Shown piece by piece: positions 29,454 through 40,040 of a stretch of DNA of 64,000 nucleotides. The translations under genes were made by a program, and so were the position numbers. Location: the NCBI GenBank assembly GCA_022749895.1, contig JAKIWS010000007.1, positions 3,089 to 67,088 on the forward strand, read 5' to 3'. How positions within the stretch are numbered: the stretch's first letter is position 1; every line of letters starts with the position of its first letter. The notes beneath the pieces were generated by a model that saw only the letters and a list, made by a program, of their open reading frames with translations, was not told where the DNA came from and made no database searches. Source of the stretch: Thermoplasmata archaeon (GTDB taxonomy: Archaea; Thermoplasmatota; Thermoplasmata; Lutacidiplasmatales; UBA184).

Positions 29454-31859
29454 CTATCCGTCCGGAGCGCGCCGCAGACGGCGCAGTAGCCCCGCCCGCT
29501 CGAACCCCTCCTCGATCGCTCGCTTGGCTTCCGGGAACGAGTTCTGTGCGAAGTACGCCCGCAGCTCCGGCTCGCGTTCGATTCCGAGCACCGCGATCAG
29601 GTCGGTGAGGAGCAGCCCGAGTAACCCGGTCCCGGTCCACTTCGATTCCAGGTCGCGGAGGCGGCCCTGCGCCCACGCCCAGAGCCCGTCGTGGATGGGG
29701 GTGAAGGGCGTCGCGGACCGGAGGACATCCCACACCCGGGACGAGGAGAGGCTGCCCGAATCGAGGAGCTCGAGGGTCTGGCGTAACTCCGCCGCGCCGG
29801 GGGCGCGGACGAGCGCGCATGCGATGGTCTCGGCCTCTTCATCGGTCGCGGCGAGGGGGAGGCGCGCGCGGAGCTCCGCGTAGCCCGCCGCCCCGCCCGA
29901 TCGAGCTCGCCCCTCCGCGACGGCGGAGCGCAGCCCGCCGGGGACGCTCTCAAACCGATCCAGGCGTTGGCCGATCTCACGGGCGAACGCATCATCCCAC
30001 AGCACGAGGAACTGGCTCGCGAACGATCGTATCACATCGGACGTCGCCGCCTCCCCGGGGCGCGGGTCGAGTCCGACCCGGTCGAGATGGGCCCGAAGAA
30101 TTCGTATCGCGGCCGAGCGCCATTGCGGGTCGTTCCCAAAGACCGGGTAGAGATCCCGACCGTAGCCGACCGCCGCGCGTGCGGGCAGGTAGTGGGAGAT
30201 GGAGGCGGCCTCCTGCCAGAGCGCGCGGAACTGCCTGGGCGCCAAGCTGCCGCCGAGGAGGAAGAGGTAGGCATCCACCAAGAACCCCCACTGGTCGATC
30301 GCGGGGAGGTGGGGAAGCTCGCGTTCCATTCTCTCCAACAGTCGGGCGTCGTACCGGACGTGGTAGAACCCGGTCCGCCCCGGGTTGACCAGGAGCCGCT
30401 CCGGGGTCGCGAGGGGAAGCGAGGTCGATCGGCCGTCGAGGAGGAGACTCCGGCGATCGTCGCCGCTATGGAAGGTGACCGGCACTGGCCAGAGCGTGTC
30501 GTCCGGTGGTTGGCCGAGCGTGAACCGCTCCTGACGCAGCGTGAGCGAGCCGTTGTCCCACGCCACGTCCAGCACCGGGTGGCCGGGCGTCTGGATCCAA
30601 CGGGCCATGATGGCGGCCACGGGCTTCTGGCTCGCGTTCTGCAACGAGTCCCAGAGGTCGACGCCCGAGGCGTTGGCGTACTGGTAGCGGGTCAAGTACT
30701 CCGTGACGCCCCGACGGAACGGCTCCGTGCCCAGGTACTCCTCGATCATCCGGAGGATGCTCGCCCCTTTCCCGTAGGAGATGTCGTCGGCGATCTCCGC
30801 GATCTCCGACGGGTCGCCGATCGACACCTGGATCGGGTGGGTCGTCGCGAGCGCGTCGCGCAGGAGGCCGCGCCCCGTCTCCCGGGTGAGGAAATCCCCC
30901 CAGTAGTCGTCGTTCGGGTAGAGGCGGTCGACGAGGGCGTAGCTGACGAACGTCGCGAAGCTTTCGTTCAACCAGAAGTCGTCCCACCACTTCATCGTGA
31001 CGAGATTGCCGAACCACTGGTGGGCGATCTCGTGCGCGATCGTCACGATGATGTAACGGCGTAGGAACGGGTCGGTTGTGGAATCGACGAGTAGAGCGGT
31101 CTCGCGGAACGCGATCGCGCCCCAGTTCTCCATCGCCCCGGCCCAGAACGCCGGCACGGCGACCAGGTGGAGCTTGGGAAGCGGGTACGGGAGCCCGTAG
31201 TACTCTTGGTACGCCGCGAGACACCGTCCGCCGAGTTCGAGCGCCAGCTCGCCCGCCGCGGAGCGTCCGGCGGGAGTGGCGACCGTGAGGGCGACCCCGT
31301 TCGATTCGATCGACCGCGTCTCGAACTCGCCCACGCCGAGGTAGACCAGGTAGCTGGACATCTTCGGAGTGGGCGCGAAGGTGATCGTCTTCCGACCCTC
31401 GTGCAGCGCTTCGTGGAGCGCGGGCGTGTTGAAGATGACCTGCGTCCCCGCGTCGACCTCGACCCGGACGCGGAAGACCGCCTTCGCCGTGGGTTCGTCG
31501 ACGCACGGGAACAGCCGACGGCACCCGGTGGGGTACATCTGCGACGTCAAGATCGTCCGACCCGGACCGTAGGGGGAGCGGTACACGCCGGTCAACCCGG
31601 CCGCCAACGGTTGACCGCGGAACTCGAGGTGGACCGTGTGAGGTCCGGGCGTCGCGACCGGGATGTCGACCGCTTCGGAAGCCGGTACTTCGGCGAGGGT
31701 GACGGCCTCCCCGTCGAGGCGGGGCTTCGTGAGTTGCAGGTCGCGGGCGTTCAGCCGGAACCGGGGGGCTTCATCGACGAACTCGACGTCGACAGAACCT
31801 TCGATAACCGCGTCGCTCTCCGAGATCGAGAGCCAGACGTCGTACGAACGGACCGGCAC
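29454..31859 (-). CDS. M1 aminopeptidase (tricorn interacting factor-like)
   Basis: GAMENWG, HEIAHQWFGN...WLNESFA, SYGKG. Confidence 0.93.
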   Translation of the reverse strand: MPVRSYDVWLSISESDAVIEGSVDVEFVDEAPRFRLNARDLQLTKPRLDGEAVTLAEVPASEAVDIPVATPGPHTVHLEFRGQPLAAGLTGVYRSPYGPGRTILTSQMYPTGCRRLFPCVDEPTAKAVFRVRVEVDAGTQVIFNTPALHEALHEGRKTITFAPTPKMSSYLVYLGVGEFETRSIESNGVALTVATPAGRSAAGELALELGGRCLAAYQEYYGLPYPLPKLHLVAVPAFWAGAMENWGAIAFRETALLVDSTTDPFLRRYIIVTIAHEIAHQWFGNLVTMKWWDDFWLNESFATFVSYALVDRLYPNDDYWGDFLTRETGRGLLRDALATTHPIQVSIGDPSEIAEIADDISYGKGASILRMIEEYLGTEPFRRGVTEYLTRYQYANASGVDLWDSLQNASQKPVAAIMARWIQTPGHPVLDVAWDNGSLTLRQERFTLGQPPDDTLWPVPVTFHSGDDRRSLLLDGRSTSLPLATPERLLVNPGRTGFYHVRYDARLLERMERELPHLPAIDQWGFLVDAYLFLLGGSLAPRQFRALWQEAASISHYLPARAAVGYGRDLYPVFGNDPQWRSAAIRILRAHLDRVGLDPRPGEAATSDVIRSFASQFLVLWDDAFAREIGQRLDRFESVPGGLRSAVAEGRARSGGAAGYAELRARLPLAATDEEAETIACALVRAPGAAELRQTLELLDSGSLSSSRVWDVLRSATPFTPIHDGLWAWAQGRLRDLESKWTGTGLLGLLLTDLIAVLGIEREPELRAYFAQNSFPEAKRAIEEGFERAGLLRRLRRAPDG

Positions 31860-31967
31860 TGCACGCGCGGGACCGACGGATGTACTTCACGATTCGTGCT
31901 TCCGGGAAGGCGACCCGTGGGGTCGGTCCGGAATCGGTAAGACCGAGCGGCCGCTCCCGCGGCCGCT

Positions 31968-32867
31968 ATGCTGAACCTCTGTCGAACCCGGGAGATCAAG
32001 CTCGCCCGCCATCTCCAGCGTGTGGCGCCCGACCTCGTGCCCGCGGAGGAGCCCGCCGAGGGGTTCGGTAGCCTCCTCCAGAGCGGCGACCCCATGCTGA
32101 GGTTCCAGCTCCGCGACCTCGAGTCTCGGGGCCGACTGCCGCCGACCCGGTCCGCGGCCTCGGCCCCCCTCTTCACCGGGGCCCTCAAGTTCGTGACGCT
32201 CAACTATCCCGGGCCGGGCGGAGGGCTTGCGATCCTTCCCGCCGATATCGCCACGTGTCTCGCGTACGCCGCGCGGGCCGTCCCTCCCATCGTTCGGTAC
32301 GCGAACCAGTATGGACGGGCCGCCGCGAGCGTGGACCCGATTGCCGCCACGTTGGCTCCTCCGAGAGCCGCACGTCGATTCAACGATACTTCCGTGAAGA
32401 CATGGGTCGACGCGTTCGTCCGAGCGAACGGACTCCCCCCAAACGCTTCGGCTGTCGTCCTGCTCAATCCTCCCGGGGCCGTAAACACCGACGCGGACCC
32501 CGCCCAGGGCGTACTCGGCTACCACGGCCTCGCGTCGGTGCCCTACTCGTTCGTCAACGTCGTGGGGAGTGGGTTCGCACTTGACGACCCGAGCGACCAG
32601 TTCGCCCTCGCCCTGAGTCACGAAATTGCCGAGATGGTCGTCGACCCCCGCGCGGACCTCTCCAACCCGGAGGTCTGCGACCCCTGCGGTCCGAACTGCC
32701 AGACGGTCTGGCGCGGCTACTTTGACGCGGGGGGAGCGTACCTGGCGACGGAGACCGCGTTTCCACCCGCCCTACCGTTCGCCTTCTTCATCAACGGTAT
32801 CGTCCAGCCACCGGACTCTACAGCCTGCCCCGCACCCCGTTCGGCGTGCGCGTACGGTCCTCCGTAG
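31968..32867 (+). CDS. Hypothetical protein with HEIAE...DP motif
   Basis: Long ORF with GYH, SHEIAEMVVDP, EVCDPC. Confidence 0.65.
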   Translation: MLNLCRTREIKLARHLQRVAPDLVPAEEPAEGFGSLLQSGDPMLRFQLRDLESRGRLPPTRSAASAPLFTGALKFVTLNYPGPGGGLAILPADIATCLAYAARAVPPIVRYANQYGRAAASVDPIAATLAPPRAARRFNDTSVKTWVDAFVRANGLPPNASAVVLLNPPGAVNTDADPAQGVLGYHGLASVPYSFVNVVGSGFALDDPSDQFALALSHEIAEMVVDPRADLSNPEVCDPCGPNCQTVWRGYFDAGGAYLATETAFPPALPFAFFINGIVQPPDSTACPAPRSACAYGPP

Positions 32868-32870
32868 GAC

Positions 32871-35816
32871 GTGCCGGGAATCCTCCCATGGAGCCCTCGC
32901 CGTCGCCGTTTGGCCGAAGTTCGGAGCCTAAAGGTTCTTAACGAGAATCTCGTCCGCAACGTCACTCCCTTGCGGGCCGGAAACATTGCCATCCCGGTCG
33001 GGCTCGCGGTCCTTCTCGTCTTCACATTCTCGCCGGGCGGGACCAGCGCGACGAGTACCGCTCCGCCGCGGACCATCCACTTCGGAGCGGTCGGGTCGTC
33101 CGCGTGCCTGCCCGGCCCTCGTTGCGGGGCCGGACCCGTCTCCGCCCGCCCAACCCCGTCGGCGAACCCATCCGGACCTGGTTGGGTGCAGCTCACCGGT
33201 CTCGCCACCGCACCCGGTGCCCGCACGCAACCGGAGATCGCCTACGATCCCTCGCTCCAAGAGGTGGTGATGTTCGGTGGTTACAGCGCTGGAACGGGTG
33301 GCGCGTTGGGCGACACGTGGGCATTCGTCAACAACAGCTGGAGCGACCTTACCGGCACCTTGTCGACCGCCCCCCCGGCCCGCTGGGGCGGGACGATGGT
33401 CTGGGACCCTAAGGATCAGTACCTCGTCATGTTCGGGGGGCGATCGTCCTCTCTGTTCTACAACGACACCTGGACGTTCAACGGGTCCGGTTGGGCCCTC
33501 GGGAGCCCCTCGTCGGCGCCGCAACCGCGAGCCCATTTCACAATGGCCTGGGACCCGGTCGACCGGTACGTCGTACTCGCGGCCGGCGATGTGCTGAACT
33601 CCGGAAACGGCTCCGCGGGCTGGAGTCAGTACGCGGACACTTGGACGTACGTCGGTGGGGCGTGGACCAATGTGACGAACTCCGTCGTTGGGTCGATCGG
33701 GCCCCGGATTTACGGGCCCGGCGTGTATGACCCGTGGAACCGGTCGGTGGTGGTCGTCGACGGCACGCCGACCGAAGGGTGCGGCAAGTCGAACCCGGTC
33801 GCGACGTACCGGACTGCGAAGGTCTGGAACTACCCGGCCTCGGTCGGTCCGACCGACAACACCAGCCAGGCGATGATGACGTACGACCCGCAAGGAGCGT
33901 TCCTGCTCAATTACGGTGGGGCCGTCGGGACCTCCGGCAACTGCGCCCAGACGAACGCCACGTGGGTCCGCTACAACGGCACCTGGTGGAACGTCTCGGC
34001 GTGGGTGGGACAACCACCGTCCACACGGTACCTCTCCGGCATCGCCTTCGACGCCGTGGACCAAGAGATCGTGCTGTTCGGAGGCAACTCGAACGGGGCG
34101 TACCTCGCCGACACGTGGACCTACCGTGCGACGCCGATCAGTTCGACCCTCAACGCGACGCCGCGGGAAGGCGGCGTGCCGCTCACGGTCAATCTCTCCT
34201 CGGACGCCTGGGGCGGGTTCGGCGGCTACGGGTACAACTGGAGCTTCGGGGACGGTGGGACCTCCTCGACCGGCGCGAACACATCGCACACGTACACCGC
34301 GCTCGGAACCTACCACATCTGGCTGAACTGGACCGACCGACTGGGACGGGCCGGCTCCGGCAACCTGACCGTGAGCCTGGTTCCGGGGCTCTTCGCGGTC
34401 GCTTCCGCGACACCGACGATCGGCTCGATCCCGCTCACGGTGAATTTCTCAGCGACGATCGGCGGAGGTGTCCAACCGTACAATACCACGTGGGCGTTCG
34501 GTGACGGGTCGATCGCCTACCGGGGGAATGTCACCCACGTCTACCTTCGGAGCGGTCCGTACCGGGCGACCCTCACCGTGCGCGACCAGTACGGACTCAT
34601 CAACCGGAGCTCGATCCTGTTCCAAGTCGCTCCTAGGTTGGTCGCCGGCGCTACCGCAACGCCCTCGGCCGGGATCGCTCCGTTCAACGTCAGCTTCGTC
34701 GCGGCTCCCGCGGGGGGGAACCCGCCCTACGCCTACGCGTGGGCCTTCGGCGACGGAGGGATTGCGATCACCGCAACGCCCACCCATCTGTACCGGGCCG
34801 TCGGCGCGTACAACGCCACGGTCGCCGTGCAAGACAGTCTGGGTCGGTCGGCGACGTACGCCGTTCCGATCCGGGCCTATCCGGCGCTGGTCCCGACCAT
34901 CAGCGCCAATCTCTCGGCGGGCGTCGGCCCGCTGTCGGTCGAGTTCACCGCCGGGGGATCCGGCGGCGACGGTCAATTCAATTTCTCCTGGAACTTCGGC
35001 GATCGGAGCGCGCCGGCGAGCGGTGGCGTCGTCGACCACGTCTTCACCTCGCCCGGCAATTACACTATTCAATTGACCCTCACCGACCTGAGCCGGGCGT
35101 CCACCGCCCAGCTCACGGTGACCGTCGTACGACCCCTCGCCGCGGTACTCTCCGCGACCTCCCTGACCGGAGAGACCGGAGCGCCGTTCCATTTCGTCGT
35201 GCAGGTGGACGGGGGTCTCGCCCCGCTAGCGTACACCTGGAACTTCGGGGACGGAACCTCCGGCCGGGGGACGGCGAGTCAAGACCACACGTACGCCCTC
35301 CCCGGATCCTTCACGGTCCGGCTGGCGGTGACGGACGCCGTCGGCGAGCGCGTGCTGGTGAGCGCTGGCGTCGGCGTGGTGCGAGCGCTGACCGTGGCGC
35401 TGATCGCGGAGAGTCCTGCGGTGACGGTGGGCGCGAGCGACAACCTTACGGCCACGGTGGGCGGCGGGCTCTCACCGGTCGCGGTACAATGGTCGGGTCT
35501 CCCACCGGGGTGCCCCGCGTCGACCGCCGCGTCGCTCGCCTGTTCGCCCTCGTCCGTGGGGAACTACACGATCACGATCAGCGTGGTGGACGCCCTTGGC
35601 TTCCACGCGGCCGCGAACGTCTCGATGACGGTCGACCGTCCGGTACCTCCCGCAGCTTCGGCCGGGCTCTCCGGTACGCTCGACCTGGCGGCCGCAGGAG
35701 GGGCCGTGGTGGCCGTGGGCCTCGGGACCGTCCTGCTCCTCTGGCGCCGCCGTAAACCGGGGGCCTCGTCCTCAGCGGTCGACGAGGTCGCGGACGAACC
35801 ACCGGAATCGACCTAG
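32871..35816 (+). CDS. Surface protein: kelch-like propeller plus about 5 PKD domains plus C-terminal TM anchor
   Basis: Repeats AYD...FGG...DTW; repeated W.FGDG; TM followed by RRRK. Confidence 0.88.
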   Translation: MPGILPWSPRRRRLAEVRSLKVLNENLVRNVTPLRAGNIAIPVGLAVLLVFTFSPGGTSATSTAPPRTIHFGAVGSSACLPGPRCGAGPVSARPTPSANPSGPGWVQLTGLATAPGARTQPEIAYDPSLQEVVMFGGYSAGTGGALGDTWAFVNNSWSDLTGTLSTAPPARWGGTMVWDPKDQYLVMFGGRSSSLFYNDTWTFNGSGWALGSPSSAPQPRAHFTMAWDPVDRYVVLAAGDVLNSGNGSAGWSQYADTWTYVGGAWTNVTNSVVGSIGPRIYGPGVYDPWNRSVVVVDGTPTEGCGKSNPVATYRTAKVWNYPASVGPTDNTSQAMMTYDPQGAFLLNYGGAVGTSGNCAQTNATWVRYNGTWWNVSAWVGQPPSTRYLSGIAFDAVDQEIVLFGGNSNGAYLADTWTYRATPISSTLNATPREGGVPLTVNLSSDAWGGFGGYGYNWSFGDGGTSSTGANTSHTYTALGTYHIWLNWTDRLGRAGSGNLTVSLVPGLFAVASATPTIGSIPLTVNFSATIGGGVQPYNTTWAFGDGSIAYRGNVTHVYLRSGPYRATLTVRDQYGLINRSSILFQVAPRLVAGATATPSAGIAPFNVSFVAAPAGGNPPYAYAWAFGDGGIAITATPTHLYRAVGAYNATVAVQDSLGRSATYAVPIRAYPALVPTISANLSAGVGPLSVEFTAGGSGGDGQFNFSWNFGDRSAPASGGVVDHVFTSPGNYTIQLTLTDLSRASTAQLTVTVVRPLAAVLSATSLTGETGAPFHFVVQVDGGLAPLAYTWNFGDGTSGRGTASQDHTYALPGSFTVRLAVTDAVGERVLVSAGVGVVRALTVALIAESPAVTVGASDNLTATVGGGLSPVAVQWSGLPPGCPASTAASLACSPSSVGNYTITISVVDALGFHAAANVSMTVDRPVPPAASAGLSGTLDLAAAGGAVVAVGLGTVLLLWRRRKPGASSSAVDEVADEPPEST

Positions 35817-35867
35817 GCGCACTCACGAGGATCCGACCCCCAAGGAAACCACCCCCGCAAGGGGAAC

Positions 35868-36548
35868 CTAACTGGCGACGAACTTGCCGTCGACCATCCG
35901 GAGCGTGCGGTCGCACTTCGCGGCCACCTCGGGGTCGTGCGTCACGACGACGATCGTCTGCTGGTAGGACTTGTTGAGGCTCCGCAGGAGCTCCGTCACC
36001 TGCAGCGAGCCCTCCTGGTCCAAGTTCCCGGTCGGCTCGTCCGCCCAGACGATGGCGGGGCGGCTCACGAGGGCGCGGGCCAGCGAGACGCGCTGTTGCT
36101 GGCCGCCGGAGAGCTCGGAGGGCCGGTGGTGGAGCCGGTCGCCGAGGCCCAACTCGGTCAGGATCGTCGTCGCCCGCGCCCGGGCCTCTTTCGCCGCGAC
36201 GCCGCCGATCAAGAGCGGCATCTCGACGTTCTCCACCGCCGAGAGCACCGGAAGAAGGTTGTACGACTGAAAAACGAAGCCGGTCCGACGCGCCCGATAC
36301 TCACTCTTTTTCTTGTCCGACATCTGGTGAATGTCGGTCCCTTCGAGCGTGACCTGGCCCTTGCTGATGTCGTCGAGTCCGGAGAAGCAGTTGAGGAGCG
36401 TCGTCTTGCCGCAGCCCGAGGGACCCATGATCGCGACCATCTCTCCGCGATTGATCTGGAGCTCAACCCCCTACAACGCGGCGACCTCCGTTTCCCCGGT
36501 TCCGTAGAGCTTCCAGACGTCGCGCGCGACGACGACTACCTCGACCAT
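35868..36548 (-). pseudogene. LolD/MacB-type ABC ATP-binding protein with in-frame TAG at codon 26
   Basis: [49 protein letters not shown]; [16 protein letters not shown]. Confidence 0.7.
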
Positions 36549-36681
36549 CGACCCTGCCCCGTGAAGGGTCGGACCACCTCGAGGGGGGGCTTAACTCTGA
36601 CCGTTCGGAGCGATTCTCGTCTCGGCGGACCCCCCGTCGCGTCGGAGGGGTATATATGCCATCACCGAGAGTCAAACACGT

Positions 36682-37488
36682 GTGGTGGGTCGTCCGCCTC
36701 CCCTGTATCGAGCGAGCCGCGCGGTGCAACGGCTCGCGACGGTCGCGCTCGTTCTCTTCGTGATCTTTGTCGGCGGCGCGGTCTACTCGGCCGCGTCGCT
36801 GCGACCGTCGTCCACCTCGGCCGGCAACGTGAGCTTCGCATCGATCGGCAACAACACGTTCCGGGTGACCGCGCTCGTGAACCTCTCCAACCCCGGCTTC
36901 TACCCGATCACGCACCTCCAGCTCGAGGCGCACGTCGACGACCCTCGCGGGGCCCTGCTCGCCGCGGGGTCGTCGCCGTATTCGGACATTGCGCCCGGGA
37001 CGACCGGGATGATCCTGCTCCAGTTCAATGTGGACATCTCGTCGGTCGCGGACGCGGTCTCCCTCCTCACGCACGACGCGAAGCTATCGGCGTACGTGCG
37101 CCTCCACGCTACGTACGCCTCCGTCTTCGATATCGCGGTCGACGCCCCGTCGAACCTCTCCTGGGGAGCCCCCCTGGCGGGATTGAACGTCACGCCGGCG
37201 ACCCCCGTCGCGCAGCCGAACGGCACGGTCAACGAATCGATCCGGATCTCCTTTGCGGACCACGCCCGGTTTCCCGTCACCGGGAGCTTCAACGTCCGCG
37301 TGACGAATCCGTCCGGGGTCGCCTGCGGGAGCGGCGCGTTGCCGGCCAACGTTCCTCCGGGCGGCGCGTTCAACCGGACGATGACGGTCGCGCTCGCCTT
37401 CGGCTGTAACGTGCAGGGCGGGGCGGTCGTCGGCTCGTTCGTGGGGCCCGACGTTTACGTCGTGCTGCCTCCGGAGCCGTTGCCGTGA
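36682..37488 (+). CDS. Membrane-anchored hypothetical protein (beta-rich)
   Basis: N-terminal TM; GTGA overlap with the next gene. Confidence 0.65.
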   Translation: MVGRPPPLYRASRAVQRLATVALVLFVIFVGGAVYSAASLRPSSTSAGNVSFASIGNNTFRVTALVNLSNPGFYPITHLQLEAHVDDPRGALLAAGSSPYSDIAPGTTGMILLQFNVDISSVADAVSLLTHDAKLSAYVRLHATYASVFDIAVDAPSNLSWGAPLAGLNVTPATPVAQPNGTVNESIRISFADHARFPVTGSFNVRVTNPSGVACGSGALPANVPPGGAFNRTMTVALAFGCNVQGGAVVGSFVGPDVYVVLPPEPLP

Positions 37489-37994
37489 GCGGCCGAATCC
37501 CCGCTCCGCCCCGCGACCCCTCCGAGCCCCCGTACCGGCCGCCGGTCCTCCGTCGGATCGTGGTCGGGTCGATGATCCTTGTTGGGCTGATCTTCGTCTT
37601 CGTGGTCCTGCCGACGATCGCCCTCCGTTCGCTGAGCGCCTACGGGGTGACGTCCGGGGTGCCCCTCCCGGCGATCACCGCCGGCGGATTCGTCCTGGCG
37701 GGCCTCTCCGCGATCCGGTATGTCGTGAAACCGACGCGCGCCTACGGACCGGTCGGCGTCGTGCGCGCCCTCGCGGCGGTCGGCTACCTGTTCTTGTTCG
37801 CCCCGTTCGGGACCGTAAGCGCCACGTTGATGGGGGCGCAGATCACGGTGACCTACGGCGACCTCTTGCTCGTCGCCTTGGCGATTCCTCTTCTCTCGCT
37901 CGCGGCGTCGGCCTTGACCACCGCGGAGGACCTGCGCCACCCCTACGAGCGGCTCCGCTACGACTTTCCGCCGCCCGGCGCCGGTTGGCGCTAG
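37485..37994 (+). CDS. Hypothetical 4-TM membrane protein
   Basis: Hydrophobic segments; coupled to the upstream gene. Confidence 0.65.
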   Translation: MSGRIPAPPRDPSEPPYRPPVLRRIVVGSMILVGLIFVFVVLPTIALRSLSAYGVTSGVPLPAITAGGFVLAGLSAIRYVVKPTRAYGPVGVVRALAAVGYLFLFAPFGTVSATLMGAQITVTYGDLLLVALAIPLLSLAASALTTAEDLRHPYERLRYDFPPPGAGWR

Positions 37995-38001
37995 TCGACG
38001 C

Positions 38002-38472
38002 TCAGGCGGAAGCGCGCGCCGTCGTCAGCCGGACCGGCGTCCTCGGACGGTCGCGAGCGTCCCGCGGGGTGGCCGCGATCTTGTCGACGACCGTCTGGCC
38101 GCCGACGACCTTGCCGAAGATCGCGTGCTTCCGGTCGAGCCACGGGGTCGCGGCGAGGGTGATGAAGAACTGGCTGCCGCCGGTGTTCGGACCGGCGTTC
38201 GCCATCGACAGGATGCCCGGCCCCGTGTGCCGGAGCTCCGGGTGGAACTCGTCGGGGATCTCGTAGCCGGGTCCCCCGGTTCCGTCCCCCTTGGGGCACC
38301 CGCCCTGGATCATGAAGCCCGGGATCACCCGATGGAAGGTGGTGTTGTTGTAGAACCCCTTCTTCACGAGGTCGAGGAAGTTCCCCACGGTCTTGGGCGC
38401 CCGATCGGCGAACAGTTCGACCTGGATCTCGCCCTCGCTCGTGGCGAGGGTCACCTGCGGATTCGCGGCCAC
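38002..38472 (-). CDS. Cyclophilin-type peptidyl-prolyl isomerase
   Basis: FHRVIPGFMIQGG, LSMANAGPNTGGSQFFIT, HAIFGKV. Confidence 0.95.
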   Translation of the reverse strand: MAANPQVTLATSEGEIQVELFADRAPKTVGNFLDLVKKGFYNNTTFHRVIPGFMIQGGCPKGDGTGGPGYEIPDEFHPELRHTGPGILSMANAGPNTGGSQFFITLAATPWLDRKHAIFGKVVGGQTVVDKIAATPRDARDRPRTPVRLTTARASA

Positions 38473-38522
38473 GCGCGAGCCGAGCCGGCGGGGTCCAAAA
38501 GGCCGTCGGTCCCGGGTCGGCC

Positions 38523-38894
38523 CTACCGGAAGTGGCGATTGACGGCGAGGAGGTAGATCAGCACGAGGAGCGACAGGATCGAGGCGAACAGGGCGCCGGA
38601 GAGGATGTAGCCCAGGAACAGCAGGCCGACCACGATGATCGAGAGAACGAGCGCCCACAGCTCGAGGTGCCAAAGGCCGGTCGCGACCACGAGCAGTACG
38701 ATCGCGAAGATCAGCAGGAGGATGGCGCCCAGGAGGCCGCCTCCGAACACTGCGAACCCGCCGGCGACCGCGACGCCGGTGAAGACTAGGAGCACGATCG
38801 ACGCGATGACCAGGATCGCGCCGACGATCCCGATCAGCACCGCCAGAATCGCGACCCCGATCGGCAGGCCACGGGAGGGCATGCTCACCGACAT
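38523..38894 (-). CDS. Hypothetical membrane protein
   Basis: Four hydrophobic helices, P.GVAILA motif. Confidence 0.7.
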   Translation of the reverse strand: MSVSMPSRGLPIGVAILAVLIGIVGAILVIASIVLLVFTGVAVAGGFAVFGGGLLGAILLLIFAIVLLVVATGLWHLELWALVLSIIVVGLLFLGYILSGALFASILSLLVLIYLLAVNRHFR

Positions 38895-39012
38895 GGCTCT
38901 CGGAAGTACCGAGATGGCCACCTCAACATGAATCTTCCGTGAGAACCACCTCGCGCCCACGACCTGTTTATACCTGACCACCGGTGGAATCGTCTAGGAC
39001 CCCTCCGCCGGG

Positions 39013-39537
39013 GTGCGTGGCCGGATGAACCGTTCCATCACATTCCTGGGCCTCGGCTTTCTGGTCCTCGCCGGGGGGTTGGTCGCGTACCCGGACCTGG
39101 TCTACGGCGCCGAGGTGCTCGATTTCGAGGTCGAGGTCGGCCTCCTGACGCTGCCCGCGGCCCTCTCGGTGATCCTCTGGGGTGCGGCGGCCCCCGACCC
39201 GCGCGTCACGACCGTGCGGGGGGTCTTCGGGAACCCGGAGGAGAACATCGTCGGCCGGAAGCTCGACAAGAGCGCGGCGATCGCCGACGCCCGGTACCGA
39301 CCGAGCCCGAAAGAACCGGTCAACTGTCGGCAGTGCTACACCTTGATCCCGCCGGAACTCGCCGACTGCCCGCGCTGCGGACGTCGCCGGGAGTGCCGCG
39401 GATGCGGCAAGCCGCTCTTCTTCCTCGCCGGCGCGGTCCGGTGCGCGCCCTGCCTGCACGACGAGGTCTACTGCAACTGCCCGCGGGTACGGCGCCCGAC
39501 CACGGGCACCGGGCCGGCCCGGGTGGGGACCCGATGA
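39013..39537 (+). CDS. Membrane protein with multiple CxxC zinc ribbons
   Basis: Two TMs plus CRQC, CPRC, CRGC, CAPC, CNC. Confidence 0.7.
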   Translation: MRGRMNRSITFLGLGFLVLAGGLVAYPDLVYGAEVLDFEVEVGLLTLPAALSVILWGAAAPDPRVTTVRGVFGNPEENIVGRKLDKSAAIADARYRPSPKEPVNCRQCYTLIPPELADCPRCGRRRECRGCGKPLFFLAGAVRCAPCLHDEVYCNCPRVRRPTTGTGPARVGTR

Positions 39538-40040
39538 CCGAGGCCCCGCTCGATTCCCACCTTCCCCGAGGCACGATCGTGAACGAGCCCGTCGCGCGCG
39601 TGCACTTCGACGGAGCGTGCCAGCCGCCCCGTGGCGGGGGGGTCGCGACGTTCGGTTTCGTGGTCGACGGGACGAACCTTTCCCACACCGACAAGGGCCT
39701 GGCGGTGCCCCCGTGGTCACCCAACGCGACCAACAACGTGGCGGAGTACGTCGCCGCGATCCGCGCGCTCGAGTGGCTGCGCGGACGGAGTTTTTCCGGA
39801 ATCGTCGTTGTGATCGGCGACAGCCAACTCGTCATCCGTCAGATGAACGGGGAGTATGACGTGAAGGCGGAGCATCTGAAGGCGTACCATGCTCACCTCC
39901 AGCGGCTCGTGCAGGAATTCAAGGAGGTTCGATTCGAGTGGGTGCCGCGCGAAGAGAATACGGAGGCCGACCGGCTCTCGAAGGAGGCGTTGATCGACGC
40001 TCTCCCCGCCGCCCGGAAGCTCCGCCCGAATCTCGACTGA
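39534..40040 (+). CDS. rnhA: Ribonuclease HI
   Basis: FDGAC, TNNVAEY, GDSQLV..Q..G, WVPREEN.EADRLS. Confidence 0.92.
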   Translation: MTEAPLDSHLPRGTIVNEPVARVHFDGACQPPRGGGVATFGFVVDGTNLSHTDKGLAVPPWSPNATNNVAEYVAAIRALEWLRGRSFSGIVVVIGDSQLVIRQMNGEYDVKAEHLKAYHAHLQRLVQEFKEVRFEWVPREENTEADRLSKEALIDALPAARKLRPNLD

